64,000 nt of DNA. Source: Paraspadella gotoi. Taxonomy: Eukaryota; Animalia; Chaetognatha. The stretch lies in NCBI GenBank assembly GCA_051294375.1, contig CM119263.1:22056494-22120493 (forward strand). Direction: 5' to 3'. Position numbers and translations under genes: made by a program. Shown piece after piece: positions 24,327-37,142 of the stretch; position 1 is the stretch's first letter, and every line of letters starts with the position of its first letter. The notes beneath the pieces are model-generated. The model saw nothing but the letters and a program-made list of their open reading frames with translations. It had not been told where the DNA came from and ran no database searches.

Positions 24327-24488
24327 TGAAGAGACAGTAATTATTGTTATGTGTTAGTGACAAAACCGTTCAATATAAGCAGTCCCTGAGCTTCGGATCA
24401 GGCTGTAACACCGTGTTACAGGCGGGTTAAGCGCCCCGTCCCTCTTAACTGCAAGGCGGCCACCGGGCTAGAACCCCGGACCTTTGAG
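24327..24488 (-). mobile_element. Same element, 5'-truncated copy with the best twister-like core (24452-24379)
   Basis: GCAGT-TAAGAGG-GA-CGG-GGCGCT-TAA-CCC-GCC-TGTAAC/GTTACA-G-CCTGA-TCCGAAGC-TCAGG-G-ACTGC. Confidence 0.8.
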
Positions 24489-26125
24489 TTAAGAACTCGG
24501 GTTGGCAAAGAAATTCCGGATAGTAATCTTCATCCCACTCAGCGCCTCATCCACAAACACAGAGTCGCCTGAGGCTTTGTGAATTTATATGGTTACCGGT
24601 CGCTGCACTCGTAGTAAAGTTTTTTTTCTGAAACAGCGATGGTCATTAGAAAGAAAGAAAGACGTTTAGCCCAATAGTTAAAATATACATCCACTAATAT
24701 TGAGTCGAGTACTTCGTCCGTTCCGCAGTATGTATGTATGTATGAAAGTTTTTATAAAAATAAATTTAGAGAAAGTGATCATGTGAAAGGGGAATGAATG
24801 AATAAATGTCGGCAAAATATGAATAGTACCAAAGGAGTAGCGAAAAGGTTTGGGGGATTTTATTAACTAAATGACGAGCAAATATTTTACTGAGAGTCCA
24901 AAATTCCAAAATATACTGATATCATCCTTCAAAATTTCGCGAGAGCAAAAACAAAAGATGAGTGAATAGTCGGTGACGCAAAACGAAAAAAGCTTACGAA
25001 AAAAAGAGACGAAAAAAACAAAAGGTTAAGCATATTTCTGGGGGAGAAGTTCAATGCTGCAGAGAGATTCGAAGTTGGGAGATTGATTACAAAGACAAGA
25101 TTCAATGCAGCATTTGATTCTGCAAAGATTAGACGCCGATGTTGAATCTCGAAACGAAATAAGGAATGAAACAAGAACGAAAGACAACGAATGCAAAGAT
25201 GATGACGACGACGACGACGACGACGACAAAGAATGTCGAGACTTTATCACCTTCACTATAATGATAAAAAAACGCAATAATGTGAAAGGACGAATTGCTT
25301 CCTGCCGGTTAGACGATCGTCACGTTATTAATATTAGTCAAAAAAGGGGGCGAATCGTCGTCGTCGTCGTCGTCGTGGTTTACGATGTCTTCATTATTGA
25401 CTCTTCTTTTATGGCAAGAAGCAACACGAATAATAACTACCTCTCTTTCTCTCTCTCTCTCTCATCTCCTCGTGCTCTGACATCTCCTCCTCTCTCTCGA
25501 TGTCTCTCATCTACTCTCTTCTGCTCTCAGTACTCTCTCTCTCTAGCTTGTTAGGGAAGAAAGAGAATTAAGGCGACGCGCGTTAGCTTCGACTGCGCTC
25601 TATTATATGGTATCTCTTCCGAGTTAATGAATTTGTTTTATTTTTAAAAAAATTAAAACAAAGCGACTGTGAGATAGTTGATCAACGAGAAACTTGACAG
25701 GTAGTTTGATATTTATGACCGGGATAAAATATTTGATAAAATATTTATGTCTAAGGTTTTATTTAATACCGAAAGCAAAAATAAAAATATTGTTAGAGCG
25801 ATATTTTTATAAAAATGGAAAACTTACTCATTCGGTTAAACAAGCAGATTGATTCGTTGCAACCAGCAAGTGGAAGTTGATTGGCCAATTTCTAACCAAA
25901 CTCAACTTTTCTTGTGAATTTTTTTTTTCATTTTCACACCTTTTTTGCTCTTTCTTCTGTTTTTTCTCTCTTGTTTTTTATCTTAGTCTATTTTAAACTA
26001 ACTAGAAAAAAATAAAAAGACAGGAAAACTTACAAGTCTTAAATTAATTCTCATGAATTTTTATCCCACCGTTTTCCAAAATGAATATTAATTATCAAAA
26101 GTAATTTTTTATTCTTTTCACTTAG

Positions 26126-27657
26126 GCAAACCGCGTAACGGAAAAATCATACGCACTTCTGGTGAAAAAAATGAAGAAGCCAGCTCTTTTACTCAGGTTA
26201 ATATTAAAAAATATTCTTTTGGTTGTTGTATTTCTTTTTAATTATAATAAATTTGTCGAGCCGTATAAAATTGAGGTTTACCACATATAATTTTAAATTG
26301 AACAAAACACGTTATTCTTATCTTCACATAGGAAGAAATTGACCAAGAAACTATCATATATTCTCACACTTCCAAGCTTTACATGTGGCATCAAAAAGAC
26401 GACGTCAAATTACAAGTGGACTCTTTATACGCTGAGGTAATTTTCATTCGAATGAACGATTTTTTTAAAATGTCGAGATTAAATTTCAATCAATTGAATT
26501 TTTAGTCGGATCTGCTTATCAGCAGATCGCGACTTTACAAGGTGACACACGACAGCCCCCCGCTAAAAAAAAATTCATTTTCAAACTTGTGAAGATTTTT
26601 AGGCGGATCTCAATCTTGTCGGGCACTCACTTATATCATGTCATAACAACGAATTATGATAAATTATGCAAAAAAAAATGATGTCCGTCCGTCCATCTGT
26701 CCGTCTGTCTGTCGGTCTGTCCGTCCGTCCGTCCCACCTTAGCAAAAAACACCAATTACTCGTGATTGGATGGATGGATTCGAATGGAATTTTGTGTGTG
26801 GGTAGGGAAGTGTGTTATTGAGCTGGATATGAAGTTTCGATGGAATCGTCCGAGTGGAAATGAGTTTAAATGGAAAAAACAAAAAACCTGTTTCACTAAT
26901 TGATTATGCTTTTTTTCTTTTTATATTAAATGTAAATGCAAGATGTATTACTTTATCAAATAATTAGTTAATTAATTAATCAGTCAATTAATTAATTAAT
27001 TAATTAATTATTCAATCAATTTATTTATTTNNNNNNNNNNACATTTCGGACCTAATAAATTAATTAATTTATTACTAAATTACCGCTAATGATCGTGGGC
27101 AAATCCGACATTGTTTGTTCAAACTTGTTTTATACTGCATAAAATAAAAGGAGTTCCTCTCGTTAACTTTTTCCAGCCCGTCCTCGATTTGCAAATTCAA
27201 ATCGTTATATCGTACGACTATCTCCGACCGGAAAATCGAATCGTGAGTAACGACCTTCATTTGCTACGCTCTTCGCCTTCGTTCAATATTTATGCAAAAG
27301 GGGGGAAAAGTAGGGGGAACCTCAAAGCGCTGTTCATTTTTTCCTATTCGCCCGATTTTTTTAGTTGTTCCTTCGGTCGACGTCAGAGGCCCTTAACGTC
27401 GAAGAGGGAAAATCCGCGCCGATCGAAACAAAAGATTTTGATGTTTCTCCGTTGAGAAAAAAATTAGAAGAAACTTCTGCGTCTCAGTTTGACGTTCGAA
27501 TCATTTTGAAGGAGGAACCGAAAAACGGAGAAATAAGGTCCGTTGCGTTGGATTTACATCTTTTAACGAAAATTAAACTTATTTATAAATGGATATTGTC
27601 ATTCTCTATTTCAGATTGGGGAACAGAAAAGTGAAGAAAAAAGGAACGTTCACTCAG
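26126..27657 (+). CDS. Fragment of a CSPG-repeat (cadherin-like) extracellular protein of the FRAS1/FREM/CSPG4 family. Exons 26126-26196, 26332-26436, 27365-27537, 27615-27657; no start or stop found
   Basis: Spliced peptide KPRNGKII...SSFTQ|EEIDQETIIYSH...|LFLRSTSEALNVEEGKSAPIETKDFDV...IILKEEPKNGEI|RLGNRKVKKKGTFTQ matches the CSPG pattern LxVxEG..I..P..G..FTQxxI...I.YxH. Good splice sites; a 10-N gap lies between exons 2 and 3. Confidence 0.65.
26501..27131 (+). mobile_element. HINE/DINE-1-like non-autonomous repeat, family B (related copy 56727-56906)
   Basis: Begins T-run plus hairpin AGTCGGATCTGCT-TATC-AGCAGATC.CGACT; internal (GTCY)n tract 26682-26732; both copies end ATCCGACATT...CAAACTTGTTT. 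Confidence 0.55.
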
Positions 27658-28298
27658 GTAAGTCAAAAACTTTTTTTCTTTCTTGGATGAACATTTTCAG
27701 CAAATTTTTAGCTTCAGGTCCAAACTATATTTGATCCAAAAGATTGTAAGGTGGCCCAGTTAGGATAGGAACAATTACGGCCTACACAAATGTCAGCTTG
27801 TTCTCGCCGCGGTTTTATTCCCTCCAGTTAAAAATTTTTATGACTTGATATCACATTTTTATTGCAAATTAAAAAAAATGGTAGTAACTGATCCGTAATT
27901 TACAATTTACAAATCAATGAAAATTTTAGGACCATAAGACATGAGGTGATGACATAACGTAAAACAATATATGACATGAAATGACAGTAACGAGATATGA
28001 CAAGTTTTTCATCCAGAGCCAATATTTGAATATTGAAATCTTAGAAACAATAGGCTAAACATTCTTTTGAATCTTTTCACATTAAAATTATCTACGAACC
28101 TAATTTGAATGAAACAGAATTAACCTTGTAGGAGCACCAATATATCCCGTCAGACATTACATATGTAAAGGAGAATAAAAAGGGCAAAAGAGTGAAAAAT
28201 ATAAGAAAAAAGGAAGAGAAGAAGAAAGAAAGAAGAAGAAAGAAAGAAAGAAAGACAAGAAAGAAAGAAAGAAAATGGGGAGGGGAGGAGAGGGGAGG

Positions 28299-28401
<103 letters not shown>

Positions 28402-29194
28402 AGTGGAGAGGAGAGAGAGAGTAAGAGATCGAGGCGACAAACGTATTAAATAAATGAGAATGAGAGAGAGAAGAGAGAGAGAGAGAGAGGAGAGAGAGAG
28501 ACGAGAGAGCGGAGAGGGGGACTAAAAAAATCTTCAAAAACTTAGGAGTATTGGTGTGGAGAAAAATGCTTTGCTTTGAAAATTAACGGCAAGATTTCCG
28601 AGGAAATTTCATGCGACATAAACGTGACATATTCATTATATTTTTTTTCTGAAAAGAAACATAGTCTGAGTTTTCGATTAACGCAGTTTATTAGTAATTT
28701 TCTCCCTGAATATTTTTTTTATCCAAAAGAAGTGTTAATTGTTAATGGCATAGAAAAATTATCGTTAAGTAGTGGATTGACCATTTGTCGTCAGTTAATT
28801 TAAAAGTGAAATTTTCATATAAAAAGTGCTCAATAAAGTATGTAACATCGGTTTAAATTTATCAATGCAGCTTCGTCGTTTTTTTGTTCTATGATGATAA
28901 ATTCACGTTTTCTCCTGATCTTTCGCATCATTTATTCCCGACTTGCCGCTCGAACAATTTCGATATTCTTGGCTCTTCGTATCGGATTTTTCTTTTGATT
29001 ATTATCTCTTACGTTTACGGTTAATGTTACAAAATGAACTATAAGTAATTACATAATATTTTTAAAATTTTTTTTATATATATAGTTCTTTCCTTCGCCC
29101 GCCAAGAAAACGTTCTTTTGTTGAGTTATTTCAAAACAAAGATTCGCCGATTGGTCGCGTCCTCTGGCGTTCACGGTGTTAACGAAAATAAAAG

Positions 29195-30689
29195 TTAGCA
29201 GAGGCCGCAGTCGCGTTTACACTGAAATCTTCGATGCGCCAATTGATCGCACTGAAGTTCTCCACACTTTAATACACACATAGCGCCAGAAATACGTTGA
29301 ACAACGTCACTCTCTGGAAGAGAAACAACATGACATTCTAGATTACTAAATCCGTTAATGATATTTATTATTTAAACAATCTATTTTTACCTGGTTGTTT
29401 TTCCGAAATAATGATCCCCCGATCCTCATGAGTTTCCGGTTTCTCCCGTAAGGAAAACTCTTCCCCTGTAGCAAAAGTTAAACAAGATATGATTTTTTTG
29501 TTTTGTTTGTTCGTTTGTTTATTTTCTCAATTTTTTCTTTGCTTATTTCATGTTTAAAATAAGTTTTTATGTTTACCTTCGTCGATGCTAGCCGCCTGGA
29601 GGTTAACGCCGTCGTAAGCTCCGACGCTGACGTCAATTTCGGCGCCGTCGACGCCTACAGCGCCAGCGCCGGCTGATCGCGGCGCCGAAGGCTCTGTCAT
29701 GTCATAGTAAGCGCGAGCCGCAGCCTCCGTGTGTCGGCCGAGCAGGAAGCCGACCATTCCTGAAGTTTTTTCAGCCACAGAGTTATCTTTTTATGCGTGC
29801 TGAACAATTTACATTAGGGCGAATGAGAAAACATCACTGAAATAAACTGATCCGGTAAACTTATTCAGAAAATTTTCTTTCACTAATTTCTCCTCATAAA
29901 ACCAGTCACCAATTACGCCTGAAAAAAATATTCCTTTCACGAATAAGACTTGCGGAAGTCATTCGGCAAATCTTTCAACAATCATTCATGAAAAAAAAAC
30001 AACATTTGCTTGAACCAATCTCACTAGCAAAAATCATTCAGCAAATCTGCCTTTCACTAATCACTCATGTAAATCTCACCTTCCCCCCTTCCCCCCCCCC
30101 TTGACCCCAATCTCACCCGATCCAATGATCAACGTGACGATTAAAGCGATGGTGGTGCACACGAGCCACCGCGCCCCCGTTCTCGTTGCCACGGGAACCC
30201 TTTCGCCAGGGGCCACATCACGTTTCCTTGAGCCCCTCCCCCTGCGCCGCCTCCGCCCTGCCCCTGCCCTCCGGGCCCCAGCGTGCCGCTCCGGCTGGGG
30301 TTGCCCGAGGCGGTCCCGCCGCCCACCGAGCCTGGGCTGAAGTTGCTGTGAGTTCGGTTGGGCGGCGGCGGCGGCGGGAGATCCGTGGCTGCGACGAGGC
30401 CGGCGATGTTGATCGGCCCGTCGGGCCCGGGCACCCCGCTCGCTTCGAGTGGTGGGTTGGAAGGGTCAGACACGATGCGCACCGGGATGAATTCGGGCGG
30501 GAGGCCCAGGTGGGGCATTTGAGGGTGGTGGGGGTGGGCGTGGAGGGTAAGCGGACCCTCGCCCAACAGTTTCTCTTGAACGTCCAAGTCGTTGAAGTGC
30601 GACTGCCATTTTTGGTGTAAGGTGCTCTGGGGGAGTAAGGAAAAAAGGGTAGATGCGAGAGTGATGGGATTTTTCTCTTCCTCTCCCTC

Positions 30690-30768
<79 letters not shown>

Positions 30769-33700
30769 CTTCTTTCTTCCCTCCACTCTTGCTTTCACTT
30801 ATAAAAGAAAAATACACTGTTTAATCCCTCGACTAGAAAATTACTCTCGTAAACCGAATAATGCAAACTTTTTTTTTGTTTTCAACTTCTTCATCGATTT
30901 TTTTCTTTATTCTCTTCTCCATCGGATTCGCTTTTCTCCACAACATCGAAGTCGCTTTTGAAAAAAAAATAAAAACTTTTTTAACGACACGAATTTGAAT
31001 AATTCTCAAAAAGAAAATCGTCAAAGCGAAGAAAAAACATCGAATGTCTTTTGTTCTCTCACTTTTATATATGGAATATATAAGTTTTTCACTTTTCCCA
31101 CCAGAGGGTATATGCGCGTTCAAAAGAAAAAGTAAGAAAATCTCAATAAAATTTGAAAACTAAAAAAAATTTAAGACACGATTTAAATTTTAATAGAGAA
31201 GAAAAAAAAGAGAAAGGAGCAAAGTTTTTTTGTTTTTTCGATTAAAAAATGTCAAGGTAAAAAAAATTAAAGGGAGATGGGGGGGCGGGTGGGGGAGCAA
31301 GTTTTCGATTTTCTGTGCATTAACCGAAAAAAATTGTTTTGCCTTGAGGTTTAACCTTATTTCGGGGATGGAGAAAATGCCGTTATGAAAATCGATAGAA
31401 AAAACACGACGAAGACGACGACGACGTCGACGACGCTGACGACGACTAAAATCTAAACGAACAACATCAGTCGCTACGACAAAAATGAAACAACTAAAAC
31501 TTATACTAAAATATAATTCAAACAACAAAAAAAATAGAACGAAACTGATGATGATGATGAAGACGTCAGCTTGTCATACTGACACACACAGCAATGAAAA
31601 CGACGACGAACGTGAGGACAAAACGTCTACCGTGTTGACAACGACGTAAATAAACGGAAACAACGCCTCAAACCACGAAAACTGAGACGAAATTGTCAAA
31701 ATGACGCCGGTTACGACGAAAACTACAAAATCGGCAAATAAGACGCCGGAAACGACCAAAGTGACACCAAATAAACGAGGGAAGTACTGAAAGTCAAAAA
31801 AAGGACGCCGACCTGCGGTGACTGATGAATGACGCCGGCGCTGGAGGACGGCGCCGTCATTGAGACGAAGCGCGCGGAACCGGAACTGGGTTCGACGTTC
31901 GTTGATGAGTGGAAGAGAAAGGGGACGCTCTGGTCGGAGGTTGGACCCTGCGAGAGAAAGGTGGAGTTTTTTCAAACTAAAATAATCTATTTCAAATCGG
32001 TGTGAAATGAAAATATTTGTTATTACTCTTAACTGACTCAATAGGATTGATATTTGATCATTTCATTAGTTAGAAAATTCCCTGACGTTTATGTTCCTAT
32101 ATAACAAATTAAAAATACTTTACATCATAACAACTGGTGCGCTTGCTTTCCAGAAGCTTTTTTTGCAGAAATTTCCGCCCCTTATTTGATAATTCAATTT
32201 TAAACTCTTTGTGAAAAAAAATTTGACAAATATTATAATTTCTTTTATATTCATTAGTTAGTATAATGTCTTGGGAGCATGAAAAAAAAATCTCATTAAT
32301 ATAATTCAAGGTTTAGTGAGGTAACAGGCGCTTGCCAGATCAATGTTCTTTTCCAATTTTTTTTTCTATAAGGTTTAACTAGAAAAAACTATAAAATGGA
32401 AATGGCTGTCATTATGGCTGTGAAAATGTTTTTGACATTCTGATTGCTCAGAAACATACTCCAAAGTCTATATTTGTAAGATGACCCTAAATTTTCAAAC
32501 ATTTCATTTTTGTAAGTGGAAATATATTTTATAACAGGAAGATCCTATTCAAATGCCGATAATTTGTTTTTTGAAATTCGACCAAGACATTCATGAGCAC
32601 ATACCTAGGAAAGTAAGCAAGTTGGACTAATGGGATTTGGAAAATAAAAAACGTCAGCAATTTTTTTACCAGGGTTCAAAATCTGAAGATGCTATAACAA
32701 ATACTTTAGCCTCAGTATTTGATCCTTTCATTTCACTCCAATTTAAAATCCGTAAATAATCCTAAAGTCATGTCCAAAAATTTCCCGGCTCACTTTTACA
32801 TATTTAACTTTTTAAGTCATAAACATTCGATTCATTGCCCATTGGTCAATAGGATGGAGTGATGAAAAGTTTAAGCGATTGAACATTTTTTTTGCTGCCT
32901 ATGGACATGTAATTAACGAATTTTAAATCTTTTAAAAAAATATTTTAGCATAACAGTATAACCAATAGAGTAGGTACTGGGTTGGGATTAAATCCAGTAC
33001 CTAGTGGTCATGAGCTGATAGCTTTACTCAATGAACCACCGGGTCACGACTAAAGGTATCATGCTTATAGGCGGGGTGAACCAAGGCAGTGCCCGACAAC
33101 ATTACAAGTGAAGAAATAGTAATTATTGTTATATGTTAGTAACAGAACCGTTCAATATAAGCAGACCCTGAGCTTCGGAGCAGGCTGTAACACCTTGTAA
33201 CAGGCGGGTTAAGCGCCCCGTCCCTCTTAACTGCTGGGACGACCAGCGGGCGAGAACCCCGGACCTTTGGGTGGGGAGGCGAATGACTTGCCTCCGGCAC
33301 CAATGGCCACTGATGAACGGTTGGTGGATTTTAGTCCACCATACAACAAATATATCAAATTTTTCTATTCTGTTCCGGAGACAATAAGAACAAAATATTT
33401 TTTGTACTAGTTAATCATTCTATCTCACATAAATATCCTTGTTTGATCATTCAAATATTTTTTTTGTTCCCGATTGCTCCACTCTATTGGTCGATATTAG
33501 ATATTATGCCCAGGTCCCTCGTTCCAAAGAGAAAGCGTTACTGGGTTTAAAAGCGCCAAGTATTTTTTAAAAAAATCTCTAACTGCCTGCCTCCTTCAAA
33601 AACAATAATTAATAGTTATGGTAAATTATCAACTTTCAACTTGTAATTCACCCTTTATCTAATGTGTGAACATCGAACTCACTCAGTTTCTCGTATCGAG

Positions 33701-35388
33701 TTTCAAGTAATCGAGTTTAACCAATATCCATCTCGTCATCATAAAAGCGTCGAAGCAGCTGCCTTCTTTTTTTTTCTTTCGCCTTCGCCATCAACTGATT
33801 TATTCAGTATCGCATTTTCTCGCTGCGTATCGATCAAGTAGAGTGTTGCTAATGTTGCCAATGACATTGTCCGCCATGTAAAACTATACGTATCGTCATT
33901 GAATATTATGTAAATTTAATATAAAAAAAATAACATAAATATTATAACACCAAATATTTCAATCAGGTTTGATTTGAAGTAAGTGAAAGTTTTCACGCAC
34001 TCCGCGCCAAATGTTACGAAGGAAATTCAGTAATGGAAAGCTTTTCACTTTTAACCATCGATTTCTCGGCAGAAAAGACAAACCGCCTTCGCTTTTCCCG
34101 GCGCTCTCGCTCCAGTCACGTCTCCGGCGAGGTTTTCCGGCGCTCGAGTTTCCGCCCACATTTTATTCCCTCACGTCCGAAGGTCTTTTTCAACGGAAGT
34201 CGGACACTCCTCCCTTTTTAGTTGCGCCGCAAATACTCGCGGAGCAACTCTATAAGTCACTTTTCCGGTAGTCTGTCGGTGGGTCCGTCGGTCTGTCCCA
34301 CTTACGTTTAAAATGCTCTATAACTTGCATATAATTTGTTGCTCATTTGTTAATGACAGAAAAAAACCTCAAATCTAAGGAACTGCTAGCGCCGGCTTCA
34401 GGAAATCCTAAAATTATAAAGAATAAAAGATAATATTCATGTTATTTCATATCACGTCATGTCATATCATGAGAAATATATGTGATAAGGCAGTCACNNN
34501 NNNNNNNTTCATATCACGTCATGCCATATCATGAGAAATATATGTGATAAGGCAGTCACTGCGACGCAACACATTTGAATTACCGTTCTTTTTTATTTAT
34601 AGTTTAGCCACTCCCCCGATTTTGATGTCTGGTTCTATCACTTTATCGTAAGTCCATTGCGTTTCTGGAAGGCTATCCTTGGAATTGAAATCGCTTCAAT
34701 TTTTTACAGAAATTACAGATCTTTCTCCCCAGAATTTTTATCCTTTTCCCTACCTAGGCCTCTTGTTCATCTCATTTCGCCATTCAGCCAAGTTTGGATG
34801 CAGGCATGGCGACTCTAAAACACTTTCATTGTATTTCCTGATTGTTGACTGATCATTCAAGTCATAATTTGAACTGCGTTCAATTTTACCTCTTCCCTTT
34901 ATCACCAGTCTCATTTCTTAAAAGTTTCCATCTTTCCCACCCCCATTTTTAACACTACCCTTTTTCCCATGCCCATTTTTAGCACCCACCCCCTAATTCT
35001 AAACCATACCCCAATTACCCCATCCGTCACCTCATCCCATTTCTTAACCTTCCCCTTAAACCTCCCCTCCCTCAGACCTCTCCCCCTTCCTCCTACCTTT
35101 TTCCCCTCCCTCACACCCCCCATTCTCAACCCTTCCCACTCCCGTACCCTCTCCCCCCGCCCCACAAACCTGCATGGCTGGCGATCCTACGCCGGTCGGG
35201 TGGATGGAAGGGATTTGAATCGGCGCCAGGTTCCGCCCCAGCAACGGACTTTGCACGTCGCTCGACGCCTCGACGCCGTTCGACGTCGCCGTCGTCGTCG
35301 TCGCCGTCGTCGTCGCCGTCGCCAAGTCCGTCGTCGTTTCGTCGTCTTCCGTCGTTCCCTCGTTCTCCTCCGAGGAGCGAATCTTCAT
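29195..35388 (-). CDS. Type II membrane protein with C-terminal ShK-like six-Cys domain. Exons 35388-35170, 31947-31813, 30626-30117, 29759-29577, 29465-29391, 29313-29195; one apparent 1-nt frameshift in exon 3 near 30240
   Basis: GT-AG exons in consistent phase except exon 3 (510 nt, needs 3n+1; frame switches in a G-run). TM segment RWLVCTTIALIVTLIIGSGMVGFLLG spans an exon junction. Last exon ends CVLKCGELQCDQLAHRRFQCKRDCGLC*. Confidence 0.65.
33108..33345 (-). mobile_element. Same element, full-length copy (noisy duplicate at about 41906-42175)
   Basis: Aligns by eye end to end with 14761-14995. Confidence 0.8.
34215..34440 (+). mobile_element. HINE/DINE-1-like repeat, family A (other copies about 35971-36150 and 56050-56371 on the minus strand, plus duplicates)
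   Basis: TTTTTAGTTGCGCCGC..TACTCGCGGAGCAACT hairpin, then CTATAAG, (GTCG/GTCY) repeats and the shared block AAACCTCAAATCTAAGG..ACTGCTAGCGCC..GGAAATCC. Confidence 0.55.
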
Positions 35389-37096
35389 TCTCTTCTCGTT
35401 TCCTTTTTGTTAAAGTTCGTTCGGTTTTTTTTTATTTTTACTATTTTTTCGATAGTACTATGTTTTATATATATATATTGCTTTGAGCACCACTTTTTGT
35501 TTGTTTTTGTTTACACGTCACGGCGGCATGGTTTCGGCGGGAGGTCAACTGTCTATCCCGATTTTTGTTTTTTTTATTTCGAATGTTATTTGGACGATTG
35601 ATGGCGCTACGAAGGGAGGATTCGTTGTCGACCCAAAAAAGAAAAGAGCAACGCCCGCGTTTTTTAAGGGATTATCCAGTTCATAATTCTTTTATCGAAA
35701 AACAGATGGAGCTCGAGGAAATAAAAAGCCGATTAACCTGTCGGGGAGAAAAGAAAAACAAATGAAAAGTTAAGCATGAAAGTTTATAGGAGAACAAAAT
35801 AGGGAAACAAAAGGATTGTTAAAGAAACAAGATCGGTCCATCCAATGTGTTGCGCAGTAGTAACTTTCTTTTCACGTGTATTTCCCTATGATCACATAAA
35901 TACATGACAAGGAATGTATATATATGTATATATTTATATATATATTTGTATTTATGACACGCACTACATAGGAATTCCGTCGTTTATTCTTTTTAGTTTT
36001 AGGATTTCCTGAAGGCGGAGCTAGTAGTCCCTTAGATTTGAGCTTTTTTTCTGTCTAAACAAATGAGCAACCAAGTATAGGCTAGTTATGAGATCGACCG
36101 ACCGACCGAAAAGAGAGTTTCTCCGAGAGTACTCGCGGCGCAACTAAAAATAGGAAGAATAAATAGACGATCGATTTATTTCGGAGAAGGAAAGGAGAGA
36201 AAGAAATATATGACGGAGGAAGAGAGAGGAGGACGGAAAAGGGAAAATTGAGAGAAAATAGGGATAAGGAAAGGGAAAGGGATGTACTAAATGAAAGGAA
36301 AGAAAAGAAAACAGAAAAAGGAGAGCGAGTTAAAGATAAAAAAGTGATAGAGAGAATGTTAATTGATCAAGGATCATAAATCGAAGGACAAGAAAAGCTG
36401 GGGTAGCGATAATTGTGATGGGGTGAAGCATGTTTGAGCAAAGTGAGAAAAAAAGTAAGAAAAAGAAAGAAATAGAGAAAGAGAAAGAGAGAGAGCGAAG
36501 TGACAAATGCTCGACGACGATGAGGCGAAATAAAGAGAAGAGATTCTTGGCAGAAGAAGAGAGAAAAACGGAGATAAATCGAGTCTAATCGTTCTTTCTC
36601 CATCTTTTGTTTTTTTTCTTTTCCTATTTTTTTTTAGATCTTTTTCTTTTTTCTTTTTTTTTCCCTTTTTTTTCAAATTTTATTTTTTTTCTCTTCCTTT
36701 TATTTTAAATGTTTATTATTTTCCATACTTGCGGGGTCGGGTCGAATGTATTAACATATCGCGAGGATTTCGAAAAGTTGTCGTGGGAAAAACTTCGAGG
36801 AAATGACGATAAAATCAATTTTTTATATCAATTTTCGGGTGACGTCGTAAAACATAATAATGATGCGTTCGACGTTGAGCCGTTTAGTGAGCGTAGTTGT
36901 ATCGGCAAAGTCTCTTCGTGCTGTTGCCTCGACACTGGCACACCCTGCTATTTGATGGCAGATATCATTGTATTGCGATTGTAGCGATTACCACCTTTTA
37001 ATTTAAAAATTAAGTAACTTTCTTTTCGTTGCGAAAAAGATTTAAAGAAAAAATAAAGTTTAGCTTTGTTCATAAACAAGGATTTTTATTAAAGCA

Positions 37097-37142
37097 GCGT
37101 ACTACATGTTTCGGCTCCTGTTTTGCGAGCCTTCATCAGCGC
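37097..37142 (-). ncRNA. Minimal type I hammerhead ribozyme motif, Penelope-like (duplicate about 46372-46418)
   Basis: GCG-CTGATGA-A-GGCTC-gcaaaacag-GAGCC-GAAAC-atgta-GTA-CGC followed by AATAAA. Confidence 0.65.

Noticed and set aside
25105-25554. 149-aa ORF with poly-Asp
   Set aside because: Built from (GAC)n, (GTC)n and (CT)n repeats; no splice or domain support
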